From an uncultured Pseudomonadales bacterium (lineage in GTDB: Bacteria > Patescibacteriota > Microgenomatia > UBA1400 > UBA12108): 64,000 nt of DNA. Below are positions 36,696-45,987 of this stretch, piece after piece. The stretch spans positions 9,092-73,091 of the forward strand of contig CAZCUC010000002.1 of the NCBI GenBank assembly GCA_964502225.1, written 5' to 3'. The first letter of the stretch is position 1; the number at the start of each line of letters is the position of its first letter. A program made the position numbers and the translations under genes. The notes under the pieces were generated by a model that did no database searches, had not been told where the DNA came from, and worked only from the letters and a program-made list of their open reading frames with translations.

Positions 36696-38075
36696 ATGAA
36701 ATACAAGTTTGATCATGGGGTGGTGAAAATAGTAGAAACGATTGAGAAAGCGGGATATGAGGTGTGGATAGTGGGGGGAGCTGTGCGCGACTTACTGCTT
36801 GATATCCCCTCTTCTGACTGGGACGTAACCACAAATGCCTCGCCTGAGCAAATCCAACCTTTATTTGCCGATAGTTTTTATGACAATGAGTACGGCACAG
36901 TCAAAGTAGCTGGTAAACATATAAGCGAACAATTTGGGCTGGCAGAAGGCGAGATTGATGACTCGGTTCTCTACGATATCACCACCTACCGTAGTGAGAG
37001 TGAGTATAGCGATAAGCGTAGGCCAGATAGTGTTGAATGGGGCAAGACCGTGGAGGAAGACCTTAAGCGTCGTGACTTTACGATCAACGCGATTGCCCTT
37101 CGACAAGCTCAGGGTAAACTCACAGAAATCATAGATCCTTACGGTGGACAAGAGGATTTGAAAAATAAATTGATCAAGGCAGTCGGGGATCCAACTGAGC
37201 GATTTGAAGAAGATGCCCTCCGGATCATGCGGGCGATCCGACTATCGTCCCAACTAGGATTTATGATTGAGGATCAAACACTTGTGGCGCTCAAAGAAAA
37301 AGTAGCCAATTTGAAAGAGATTTCGTGGGAAAGGATTGGCGCTGAAACAATGAAGCTCCTGGGAACCGAGCACGCGGCCGATGGGATCCAGCTAATGGTC
37401 AATACTGGGATTATAGAGATCGTGATGCCAGAACTACTCTCGATGAAAGAGGTCAAGCAAGGTGGTCATCATATATATGACGTCTTCACTCATAGCCTAG
37501 AAGCACTTAGGGCTTGCCCCTCTCCTGATCCGGTCGTACGCCTAGCAACACTGATCCATGATATTGACAAACCGGTGGTAGCCAAAGCTGGCGGTGAGCG
37601 GGGAGTGACGTTTTATAACCACGAAGTGTCTGGGGCGCGGACAGCCAAGCGGATAGCCGAGCGACTAAAGCTGTCCAAAAAAGACCAGGACCGGGTGTTT
37701 ACCCTCGTTCGCTGGCACATGTTTGTGTACGAATCCAAAATGACCGATGCCTCGATCCGCAGATTTATCCGCCGGGTGGGCAAAGAAAATATTCATGACA
37801 TGATGGCACTGCGTATTGGTGACCGCGTGGGGGGTGGATCGAAGGCTACTAGCTGGCGACTGACGGAACTACAGAAGAGAATTGGTGAACAGTTCTATGA
37901 ACCACTGTCGCTCAAAGATATGAATATAAATGGGGCTGAGATTATGACACTCTTAAATATCCCCCCTTCCCGTAAAGTGGGCGAAATACTCAATGTCCTA
38001 TTTGAAGAAATATTGGATGATAGCTCTAAGAATACTAAAGAGTATTTGGAAAAACGAGTGAAGGAATTAGCGTAG
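36696..38075 (+). CDS. cca: CCA-adding tRNA nucleotidyltransferase with HD domain
   Basis: Head motif VWIVGGAVRDLLL...DWDV, RRDFTINA, and a C-terminal HD region (HS...IHDIDK). Confidence 0.85.
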   Translation: MKYKFDHGVVKIVETIEKAGYEVWIVGGAVRDLLLDIPSSDWDVTTNASPEQIQPLFADSFYDNEYGTVKVAGKHISEQFGLAEGEIDDSVLYDITTYRSESEYSDKRRPDSVEWGKTVEEDLKRRDFTINAIALRQAQGKLTEIIDPYGGQEDLKNKLIKAVGDPTERFEEDALRIMRAIRLSSQLGFMIEDQTLVALKEKVANLKEISWERIGAETMKLLGTEHAADGIQLMVNTGIIEIVMPELLSMKEVKQGGHHIYDVFTHSLEALRACPSPDPVVRLATLIHDIDKPVVAKAGGERGVTFYNHEVSGARTAKRIAERLKLSKKDQDRVFTLVRWHMFVYESKMTDASIRRFIRRVGKENIHDMMALRIGDRVGGGSKATSWRLTELQKRIGEQFYEPLSLKDMNINGAEIMTLLNIPPSRKVGEILNVLFEEILDDSSKNTKEYLEKRVKELA

Positions 38076-38921
38076 GAGCATGACTCCAGCGAAGGCTGAG
38101 ATTGTGGCAAGAATTTTCCTAAAAGGTTTGTCTTTTTCGCCAAGAAAAATTGTAGCCAGAATCACAGTCACAATTACTGATGAATTACTGATACCGTAGA
38201 TTTTTCCCGCATCACCGCCACTGACATAGGCCCTGAAAACAGTGATTGCCCCAAGTAAATATAGGACAGAGAAGGATATAATTTTTGATAAATATTCTTT
38301 AGTGACTAACTGTCTTACTTTTTCTAATGCGCGTGGCCTTAAAGCCAAGACTAGCAATCCTGGCAATAAAAATCCGACTAGTAAATCTTGTAACACACCA
38401 ATTTGGCTAGCGACATATGACTCGCTAGCGAATACTGCTCCGAACGAGGTAGCAGATATTAAGGTGTACAGATGGCCTTTGTGCCATGCTAGTTTCTCTT
38501 TTTGAGAAAATTCTGTGACTGTAAAAATACTTAAGATAATAAGAAGTGTTCCGATGATTTTTGTGATTGTTAATGGTTCACCCAAGAAGATCGTTACGAC
38601 AAATAAATTTACGAACGCCGAGAAAGTCCCAATGATTGTATACTCTCCAGCCTCTGTGTATTTAGTTGCTTGAAACATAGCCAAGCTAGCGATCGCAACC
38701 AAGACGCCATTTAATATTAGAAACGGCCAGACCTTCATAACGTCCGGCCAGGGCGAGCCAGATAAGAAGATATATAGGGAGATAATCGCGCTAACAACAA
38801 ATTGAAAAATGATCATCGATGCAATAGGGTCGCTATCTACGTCTTTCATTAGTTTCCGCTGAACTATGGTGGAGATCGAGTAAAAGAAAACTGAAATTAA
38901 TGCGAGAAAAAACCATGACAT
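38067..38921 (-). CDS. EamA/DMT-superfamily transporter
   Basis: 10 TM helices in two 5-TM halves, about 284 aa. Confidence 0.55.
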   Translation of the reverse strand: MSWFFLALISVFFYSISTIVQRKLMKDVDSDPIASMIIFQFVVSAIISLYIFLSGSPWPDVMKVWPFLILNGVLVAIASLAMFQATKYTEAGEYTIIGTFSAFVNLFVVTIFLGEPLTITKIIGTLLIILSIFTVTEFSQKEKLAWHKGHLYTLISATSFGAVFASESYVASQIGVLQDLLVGFLLPGLLVLALRPRALEKVRQLVTKEYLSKIISFSVLYLLGAITVFRAYVSGGDAGKIYGISNSSVIVTVILATIFLGEKDKPFRKILATISAFAGVMLLR

Positions 38922-38954
38922 ACGGGAATTATACCCTTAAATGTTATAATTCTC

Positions 38955-39230
38955 CTGCCTTGGGTAGGTGGATGATCGGGCGAGTCGCAAGATGAGTCAG
39001 GAAAGTCCAGACAGCAGTGTGCGGGGTGGCTAGCGCAAGCTAGCACGGGTAACCGCTAGTTTAGAGCAACAGTGACGAATCCCTTTAGTGGGAGTGAAAC
39101 GGGCAATCCTCCCTGCTGCAACCGACGAATGGATCGACAAAGACGGACGCACACCCGAGATCCGAAGTTTGCGGGCATTAGAGAAATGATTATCTTAAAA
39201 ACAGAATCTGGCTTATGCCTACCCAAGGCA
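38955..39230 (+). ncRNA. rnpB: RNase P RNA (bacterial type, compact)
   Basis: P4 halves AGGAAAGTCCAGAC and ACAGAATCTGGCTTATGCC. P1 pairing GCCTTGGGTAGG (38957..38968) with CCTACCCAAGGC (39217..39228). Confidence 0.85.
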
Positions 39231-39239
39231 AACAAAAAT

Positions 39240-39833
39240 CTAGATAATTTCCTGGTATTTAGGGATCCCCTTTTGGCTATAATCTAGCATGACTAGGCCA
39301 CCCATGGGGATGTAGCGAATCTTGGAATTTTCAAATTCGTCAATCGTATGGGGAATCTTCTTCGTGAGGGTAGCGATTAAAAATATGGTTATTGGGTCAC
39401 CGTGTGAAACAAGTACGTGAGATGAGTGTTTACTCATTCCTTTAAGTTTTTCTACAAAAGTAGTGATGCGTGTAAAAATCGCTTCGGGGGATTCGCCGCC
39501 ATTTTTAAGATGTGCGGGAACGTCGTAAGGGTAATTGGGAGATAATTTGGCGAGTTGCGACTTAGATAATCCCTGTAGAGGAGTGCCCGTCTCGATTAGT
39601 TCTCCGTATTGGTTGGGGTGTAAACCTATTACGTGCCCGATTATGGTGGCTGTTTCAACACAGCGTTCAATCGGACTTGTGGAGAGTGAGCGAATTTTTT
39701 CTCCCAGTAGCTTATCTGCCTGAATGTTGGCTTGTTTTATCCCTAGCTCTGACAACGGAAATCCCGGCAGTTGATATGGAACCACGCTTTTTGGATTTTG
39801 GTACTCGCCGTGGCGTGCAAAATAAATTTTCAT
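39240..39833 (-). CDS. Histidine phosphatase family protein (phosphoglycerate mutase-like)
   Basis: MKIYFARHGE (RHG motif) and later LVSHGDPI. Confidence 0.7.
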   Translation of the reverse strand: MKIYFARHGEYQNPKSVVPYQLPGFPLSELGIKQANIQADKLLGEKIRSLSTSPIERCVETATIIGHVIGLHPNQYGELIETGTPLQGLSKSQLAKLSPNYPYDVPAHLKNGGESPEAIFTRITTFVEKLKGMSKHSSHVLVSHGDPITIFLIATLTKKIPHTIDEFENSKIRYIPMGGLVMLDYSQKGIPKYQEII

Positions 39834-40705
39834 TATTTAACCCGATGTGCGAGTTTGTCCCAGACAATCAGGAGTGGAGCGGCAGTGAAAGTCGAGGAGT
39901 AGGTGCCAGAAATTGTGCCGATAAGCAGGGCAAAAATAAACCATTTAGTGGTCTCACCACCAAGTAAATACATCGCTAGGAGCATGAATACGATGGTCAG
40001 TGAGTTGTTGATACTCCTCCCCATGGTCTCGACCACTGCGCGGTTAATAATGTCGTCATTTTCGAGGTAGCCATGCTTTTTCTTGAGTTCGCGAATGCGA
40101 TCGTAAACTACGATGGTATCGTGAACAGAAAAACTAAGGATGGTAAGCAGAGCTGTGACGAATAAAGTATCCACTTCTACTCCCCAATACCTCCCAATCA
40201 AACTAAAGATACCAAGCAAAACTAATGAGTCGTGAAGCATAGCTAGGATAGCCGAGACACCAAACTTGATATTTTTGAACCTGTAGGCAACATACAGCAA
40301 AATCATTGACGCCGCGAGGATGATGGCTGTGAGAGTTTTTGAGATCAACTCGCTACCCAGAGCTGGACCGACAGTGTCGTAGGATAGCTCGACGATATTG
40401 CCGAACTTGGTTTTGTAGTTCTGATAGGTGTCCTTTGCGATTGGAGCAGTGCTGATCGTCCAGACATTATTATTTTGTGATAAAGTGCGAATCTCAATCG
40501 AGGATTCGAGGGCATACTGACGAAGATAGTCTTCCTCTATTTCTCCCTGCCAGACAATGGTAGTGCCACCGGTAAAATCAATCGAAGGTTTGAGTCCGTA
40601 CTTGAGGAGTGAGTAAGATCCAGGGATGATGACAGTCAGCGAGATCAAGAAATAGAGCCACCAATATTTCATTGGCTGAAGGATATGTAGATGTTCACCA
40701 ATCAT
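39833..40705 (-). CDS. secF: Protein translocase subunit SecF
   Basis: Six TM helices with the SecD/F conserved C-terminal region. Start set at Met 40705 with a GGAGAA SD. Confidence 0.85.
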   Translation of the reverse strand: MIGEHLHILQPMKYWWLYFLISLTVIIPGSYSLLKYGLKPSIDFTGGTTIVWQGEIEEDYLRQYALESSIEIRTLSQNNNVWTISTAPIAKDTYQNYKTKFGNIVELSYDTVGPALGSELISKTLTAIILAASMILLYVAYRFKNIKFGVSAILAMLHDSLVLLGIFSLIGRYWGVEVDTLFVTALLTILSFSVHDTIVVYDRIRELKKKHGYLENDDIINRAVVETMGRSINNSLTIVFMLLAMYLLGGETTKWFIFALLIGTISGTYSSTFTAAPLLIVWDKLAHRVK

Positions 40706-40724
40706 AAATTCTCCAATTCTCAAA

Positions 40725-42032
40725 TTATTTTTTAGTAAGTGCCCGTAGTAAGTTGCGTGTGACAAAGATGCCCGTAAAGAGTGAGATACAGATCCCGAGG
40801 AACAAAGTGAGCGCAAAGCCACGTACCATCCCCGAGCTATTGAGGAATGTCCAGTCGAGGGGGTTGAAAAGAATAAAAGTAGTGATCAAGGTGGCAATAT
40901 TGGCATCCTTGATTGCGTCCCAGGCTTTACCAAAACCAAGCTCCATACTACGCCTCCATTCATTACCTTTCCGGAGCTCTTCTTTCATACGTTCAAATAT
41001 CAAGATATTACTATCGACTGCCATCCCAATCGAGAGAATGAACCCAGCAAGGCCAGGTAGAGTAACCGTGATTGGAACCAGTTTGTACACTGCTAGCGTC
41101 AAGAGAGCATAGATCACTAGCCCAATATCTGCGACCAGTCCGAGCCAGCCGTAATTGAGGATCATAAAGAGCGCAACCAAACCCAATCCTACTAGACCTG
41201 CTGAGATGCTTTTACTGACACTCTCTGCACCCAGTGTAGGGGCGATATTCTGCTGTTTAATAATCTCGATCGGGACAGGGAGCGCGCCGGCATTTAAAGC
41301 AATGACTTTGTTTTTGGCATCTTCTACCGTAAACTCGCCATTAATCACAGCATTGCCATCGAGAATGGCTTGCTGGACAATGGGAGCTGTGAGTTCTTGC
41401 CCGTCAAGCAAGATCCAGACTGGTTTGCCAATATTGCGAGAGGTAATCTCCCCAAACTTTTTACCCCCCTCTGGTGTGAATTGGAGGGAAATTTCTGGTT
41501 TGCCGTTTTCGGGGTTGAAAGTGACGGCGGATTTTTTGAGGTCTTTGCCGGTCAAGCCAGTCGGTTTGAGATCGGCGTAGGTAGGACTGTCTGTAGCTAC
41601 TGGCAAGTCGTAGAAATCTAGGGAGGCAGTTTGTCCGATAAGATCGAGTGCTTCGTCTGGATTGCTGACACCAGGGAGCGCTACTAAAATGCGATAAGTG
41701 TCGTTGGTGACCAAGGTTTTGATTGATGGTTCGGCGACACCGTAGAGATCGACGCGGCGAGCGATGACTTCTTTGGCTGAATCGAGCGCGTCTTGGCGAT
41801 CTAGTGGGTCGACACCACTCATATCAGCGGCCAAAGTGACTTCTGTCCCACCCTGGAGATCTAGTCCCTGTTTGATGTCTAGCGAGCGGACGAAGCTACC
41901 GATTTTGATGGTAGGACTGGAGAGGACAAAACTGCGCTCACCCAGGTTAAGCGTATAGTTTTTGGGGGCATCGATAATGAGAGCCATGGCCGAGAGGAGA
42001 ATAATAAAGAAGATATTGCGTCGCAGTTTCAT
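40725..42032 (-). CDS. secD: Protein translocase subunit SecD
   Basis: N-terminal TM, large periplasmic domain, C-terminal six-TM SecD_SecF domain. Confidence 0.88.
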   Translation of the reverse strand: MKLRRNIFFIILLSAMALIIDAPKNYTLNLGERSFVLSSPTIKIGSFVRSLDIKQGLDLQGGTEVTLAADMSGVDPLDRQDALDSAKEVIARRVDLYGVAEPSIKTLVTNDTYRILVALPGVSNPDEALDLIGQTASLDFYDLPVATDSPTYADLKPTGLTGKDLKKSAVTFNPENGKPEISLQFTPEGGKKFGEITSRNIGKPVWILLDGQELTAPIVQQAILDGNAVINGEFTVEDAKNKVIALNAGALPVPIEIIKQQNIAPTLGAESVSKSISAGLVGLGLVALFMILNYGWLGLVADIGLVIYALLTLAVYKLVPITVTLPGLAGFILSIGMAVDSNILIFERMKEELRKGNEWRRSMELGFGKAWDAIKDANIATLITTFILFNPLDWTFLNSSGMVRGFALTLFLGICISLFTGIFVTRNLLRALTKK

Positions 42033-42070
42033 ATGATTAGTTTAAAGGTTAAAGGTGTAAGTGTATAGTC

Positions 42071-42256
42071 ACCCCGTTATTTCACATCTAGCTTTAGTTG
42101 TCTGGTTTGAGTGAATGAAGCTGAGAGGATTTGGGTAGTCTGATCGTAGGAGAGCTCGACCTCATCTCCCTCGTCCAGCGCGAGTGCTTTAATAACGATG
42201 CTTGGAATAATGATACCTTTGGAGTTGCCTATTTTGGTGATCTTGGTGGACATCAT
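42071..42256 (-). CDS. AbrB/MazE/SpoVT-domain small protein (61 aa), not in the ORF track
   Basis: Hand-translated minus strand: MMSTKITKIGNSKGIIIPSIVIKALALDEGDEVELSYDQTTQILSASFTQTRQLKLDVK*. The KIGNSxGxxIP looped-hinge motif is present. Its ATG overlaps the upstream gene stop (ATGA). Confidence 0.6.
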
Positions 42257-42834
42257 GCCACAAGCTCCTCTTCGTCGCCTACTACCATCACTCTAGAGGC
42301 TTCGAGAATACGGCCAATAAAGGGGTCGTTGTGAGTCTTGCGATAGGAGAGCTCGGCTTCGGTCATGACCGTGTAGTTGATTTCCCGGGACAATTTGGCT
42401 TCTTGCTCCTTGATGAGCTCGGTAAGCTGGGGCATGATCAAATCGCCAACTAGGAGGAGATCGACTGTATCTTTGGCTCTAGGCATGTGGCGGACAAAAC
42501 GACCAGAAACCATGGCAAATTTGAGTTTGCCGAGCTTGGGAGCAGATTTGGTAATAGCCAAGCCTAGACCGGTAGTTTTACCGATCATACTCATAAGCTC
42601 TTTGTGAAAAAGGTAGTTTTTATTAAAAGTGTAGTAGATGCGATTGCCACGCTTTTCGTCTTTGACCATACCCACACTCTGCATATGGATCAATTCGCGT
42701 CTGACAGCATTGATTTCCTCGTCCAGTTTGCGGGTGAGCTCGCGGATGTAAAACATTTGCTCAGGATGAATCAGGAAAACTTCGAGAAGTTTGACGCGTA
42801 CTTTAGAAACAACAAAGTCAGATAGACTAGCCAT
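42253..42834 (-). CDS. Winged-HTH fused to a minimal nucleotidyltransferase (MNT, Pol-beta-like) domain
   Basis: N-terminal wHTH (FYIRELTRKLDEEINAVRRELIHMQSVGMV). C-terminal MVSGRFVRHMPRAKDTVDLLLVGD matches GS-x9-13-(D/S)DxDLLV of MNT nucleotidyltransferases. Confidence 0.5.
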   Translation of the reverse strand: MASLSDFVVSKVRVKLLEVFLIHPEQMFYIRELTRKLDEEINAVRRELIHMQSVGMVKDEKRGNRIYYTFNKNYLFHKELMSMIGKTTGLGLAITKSAPKLGKLKFAMVSGRFVRHMPRAKDTVDLLLVGDLIMPQLTELIKEQEAKLSREINYTVMTEAELSYRKTHNDPFIGRILEASRVMVVGDEEELVA

Positions 42835-42885
42835 GCTTCAATTGTATAACAAAAATACTCGAACACAATAGGTGTACGACCTACC

Positions 42886-44085
42886 CTAGTACTCGACCTC
42901 GTTGTCGAGAGGGAGAATTTCGAAGACAATCTTGCCTCGATTGAAAGCGAGCGCTTTGCCTTTGGCATCTTTCCAGATAGTCTTGGCTTCACGATCTTTC
43001 TTGGACCAAGTAGCCTCGGTGGCTAGACCATCTTGGAAAACAATTCCCTTGCCAGTCCCGATCAATTCGTAAAGCATGTGCTTGTGTTCATCTAGGGGCC
43101 CTAGCTCTTTGGTGAACTGAACCACGACCACTTTGGCGGATAGCTGAGAGTCGTCGTTTAAGTCTTTGTGAGCGAGACCACCGTTTTCACGAGTGTAAGC
43201 ATTTTTAGCAGAGTCATAATTCCAGACTACATCGTAGTCATGGTAGCTCTCCCAGAATCCAAATGCGATTTTGGCAATTGAGCCTTTGTCTTTGGCGTCG
43301 TCTTTGAATGTGAATGGAGTGTATTTGTCAGACCACTCGGTCTTGCCATCGGGAGTTTTGTTGGTCCATCCCCTGGTACCAGCGGCATACTTCCAGAGCT
43401 TTTCGGTGCTTGTGTACATGGTGTGTTCGGTGGCAACAGTCCGGCCTAGACGCTCGTAGTCACGCCAGAAAGTGGGGAAACCGATTGAGAACTGGTTGAG
43501 ATCGTTACCCTTGGCTCCACCCCAGCCATACTGATTGATTTGCTCGAGAGCCTGGACACGCTTGTCGGTGTTGCAAGTTTTGGGATCGCTAGAGCCACAG
43601 TTGGCACCCCCGACGTGAGTATAGAGTGGATAGTTGTACTCTGAAGCGGCGTTGATAAAGTGTGTCCTGGCACTACGAACCGGTCCCAAGATTGTGTCTT
43701 TGGCGGCGACACCACAGTAGAAGACAGCACCAAAGCGAGATACCCCACCCTCGGCAACGGCTTCGTAGATGATGTCGGCTGAGCCGAGACCAGATTGTGG
43801 GCGGGCATCAGGCGTGTTTTCGATCATGACAAAAAGCGGGCGGCGAGATTCCCAGACTTTTTTCTCTGCGGTTGTGTACATGACACCATTGATTGGGCAC
43901 TCTGAAGTACGTGGGGCAGATGGATCAATATTCAAGCCACCACCAACGGGAGGAGTGGCAACTGGAGTGAGAGCACCACCTGATTCGGGTGAGTAGAGGT
44001 AATTGGTCAAAGCATAACTTGCGCCCCCAGAGAGGGAGAAAGCGAGGACGAAAACCAAGATACCTTTAACGAGTGGATTTTGCAT
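42886..44085 (-). CDS. DUF3048-domain secreted/lipoprotein (YerB-like)
   Basis: Signal peptide. PLFVMIENTPDARPQSGLGSADIIYEAVAEGGVSRFGAVFY matches the DUF3048 core. Confidence 0.6.
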   Translation of the reverse strand: MQNPLVKGILVFVLAFSLSGGASYALTNYLYSPESGGALTPVATPPVGGGLNIDPSAPRTSECPINGVMYTTAEKKVWESRRPLFVMIENTPDARPQSGLGSADIIYEAVAEGGVSRFGAVFYCGVAAKDTILGPVRSARTHFINAASEYNYPLYTHVGGANCGSSDPKTCNTDKRVQALEQINQYGWGGAKGNDLNQFSIGFPTFWRDYERLGRTVATEHTMYTSTEKLWKYAAGTRGWTNKTPDGKTEWSDKYTPFTFKDDAKDKGSIAKIAFGFWESYHDYDVVWNYDSAKNAYTRENGGLAHKDLNDDSQLSAKVVVVQFTKELGPLDEHKHMLYELIGTGKGIVFQDGLATEATWSKKDREAKTIWKDAKGKALAFNRGKIVFEILPLDNEVEY

Positions 44086-44087
44086 AT

Positions 44088-44558
44088 TTATTTGCCCTTT
44101 CGATTAATTGTTTTTTGTTCTTCTTCAGAGAGAGGATGATCTATGCCAACCCCACCTTTGACTGATTTTACATAGAATCGCGTATTTTCTCTACTATGTA
44201 GAGATGTTATCACTACCCCGTCTTTATTGCCATCGAGGATTGCTAAGATAAAGCTTTGATCGCCACCGGTGTCACCAAAGGGATTAAATCGCTTCATGGT
44301 CAAATTTTGCAGGTGGAGTATGCTGTGCTCCTTTTGTTTTTGGAGCTCTGATCTACTTACCTCTAGCTGTCGCTCGTGCTGAGATAGAGAATGCTGGATA
44401 CCTTGGAGAGCATTCATCAGAGTTTTGGGATCAACTCCCTTGGTGAGTGAGTTGTAGTGTAGGCGCAACTTGCGGATAGAGAGGAAAAGAACGAGATTGA
44501 GAAGCAAGGACAAGATCCCGATACTGCCCACAATGATAGTGTCTAGCGTAAATTGCAT
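44088..44558 (-). CDS. DUF4446-family membrane-anchored protein
   Basis: N-terminal TM, coiled-coil, then RFNPFGDTGGDQSFILAILDGNKDGVVITSL characteristic of DUF4446. Confidence 0.6.
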   Translation of the reverse strand: MQFTLDTIIVGSIGILSLLLNLVLFLSIRKLRLHYNSLTKGVDPKTLMNALQGIQHSLSQHERQLEVSRSELQKQKEHSILHLQNLTMKRFNPFGDTGGDQSFILAILDGNKDGVVITSLHSRENTRFYVKSVKGGVGIDHPLSEEEQKTINRKGK

Positions 44559-44584
44559 AAAATTATGATAGCATAGTTATATAT

Positions 44585-45163
44585 ATGGCATATCTCGAAT
44601 TTGAGAGCGCACCCGCTTCGGTTAAAACTGGGGCGATCATCAAGATAATCTCCCTCTTTGGATTTGCGATCGTATTTGGTATTTTCTTTTTGGTGAGAGG
44701 ACTTTTCTTTAAATCGAGAGTCAATCAAGTTTCTGTGACTGACTCCTTTGGCAAACTAGAATACACCGTGCCCTACAAAAATACCCTTTATGAAAGTTTT
44801 GGATTTGTACAAGAGCCAAAGGTAACGATGCCACTCAAGACTACCAATGGTTATGTAAATACGACTTTCTTGCTGGATTCTGGTGCAGTGGTTACTACCC
44901 TACCACTCCAAGCCGCGCAAGATACGGGAGCGGACTTGGCGCAAGCCAAACGGATTACCCTCCAAGGATTCTCTGGGGTACCCGCTTTTGCTTACCTGTC
45001 TAAAGTCACAATTAAAATCGGCAATACCGACTATGAGCTACCGGCTACTTTTACCGAATCTAACTCGACCACCTATATCCTCGGACGCAAGGGCTTGTTT
45101 GATGACTTTACTATCAACTTTGATCACGAAGAAAGAATGATTACAATCAGTAAAAGGAGTTAA
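44585..45163 (+). CDS. Membrane-anchored retropepsin-like (clan AA) aspartic protease
   Basis: N-terminal TM, then FLLDSGAVVTTLP (DSGA catalytic motif) and a second GADL region. Confidence 0.65.
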   Translation: MAYLEFESAPASVKTGAIIKIISLFGFAIVFGIFFLVRGLFFKSRVNQVSVTDSFGKLEYTVPYKNTLYESFGFVQEPKVTMPLKTTNGYVNTTFLLDSGAVVTTLPLQAAQDTGADLAQAKRITLQGFSGVPAFAYLSKVTIKIGNTDYELPATFTESNSTTYILGRKGLFDDFTINFDHEERMITISKRS

Positions 45164-45168
45164 GTGGT

Positions 45169-45987
45169 ATGAACGAAAATATCTACGATCGCATTCAACA
45201 AGCACTGACATGGAAAAGGATTATCTCGTTTAACTTGGTTTTGTTTTTGGTTTTAATTGTCCCGATCTCTATCCAATTGGCACAGCAAGATACCGAAAAT
45301 AGGTCTGGAGCGGCAGGCGAAGTAGAGCCAGCGCCGATTATCCCCCCAGCCAATTACCCAGTAAACCCCCCATCGATCGACAGAGTGAGTACTTTTTTTG
45401 GCAAAACAGGTGACACGATCGTGATCCTAGGAGCCAATTTTGGTGATTACCAATGGGAGAGCAAGGTGTTTGTGGGCAATACCGAGGCGCCAAAGGATGC
45501 GGTCGTCAGGTGGAGCAATAACGTAGTTGAAGTCAAAATACCAGATAGTGCAAGAACTGGGCAAGTTTGGATTAACTCCAATAATCGGGAGGCCAAATGG
45601 GAGGGTTCGCTACTCCTTTATGATGTGGCGAGAGCGGCTCAGATAGGGATGCAAAAGATATCCTCAACTAATGGCAAGGTTTATACCGTAAATGCAAGTG
45701 GGGTAGTCAGAGGGATGGTCGAGTTTGCGTATGTGAGTGAGCCACTTGTGATCACACCCCTAAGCGGGATCACGGTCACTAGTCAGACACAAAATGCAGA
45801 TAGCTTGGGCAAAAAAATGAAAATTATGTTTGAAACTAGCCCACTTCAAAGTACTAAAACGGAACTGTTTGATTATAGCTACCCAGGCCTGGGAACGATC
45901 GAGATAATCCGGGCAGAGATATTTGATGCGAGTGGTAAGCTACTGCCAATCTTCTCTAATCCACTGGCGATTAAGGTAACACCTTAA
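45169..45987 (+). CDS. Membrane-anchored protein with IPT/TIG-like beta-sandwich domain
   Basis: TM then IDRVSTFFGKTGDTIVILGANFGD...VFVGNTEA...VVEVKIPD pattern of IPT/TIG domains. Confidence 0.4.
   Translation: MNENIYDRIQQALTWKRIISFNLVLFLVLIVPISIQLAQQDTENRSGAAGEVEPAPIIPPANYPVNPPSIDRVSTFFGKTGDTIVILGANFGDYQWESKVFVGNTEAPKDAVVRWSNNVVEVKIPDSARTGQVWINSNNREAKWEGSLLLYDVARAAQIGMQKISSTNGKVYTVNASGVVRGMVEFAYVSEPLVITPLSGITVTSQTQNADSLGKKMKIMFETSPLQSTKTELFDYSYPGLGTIEIIRAEIFDASGKLLPIFSNPLAIKVTP

Noticed and set aside
39072-39287. 71-aa ORF
   Set aside because: Lies entirely within the RNase P RNA gene (P4 and P1 helices), so it is spurious.
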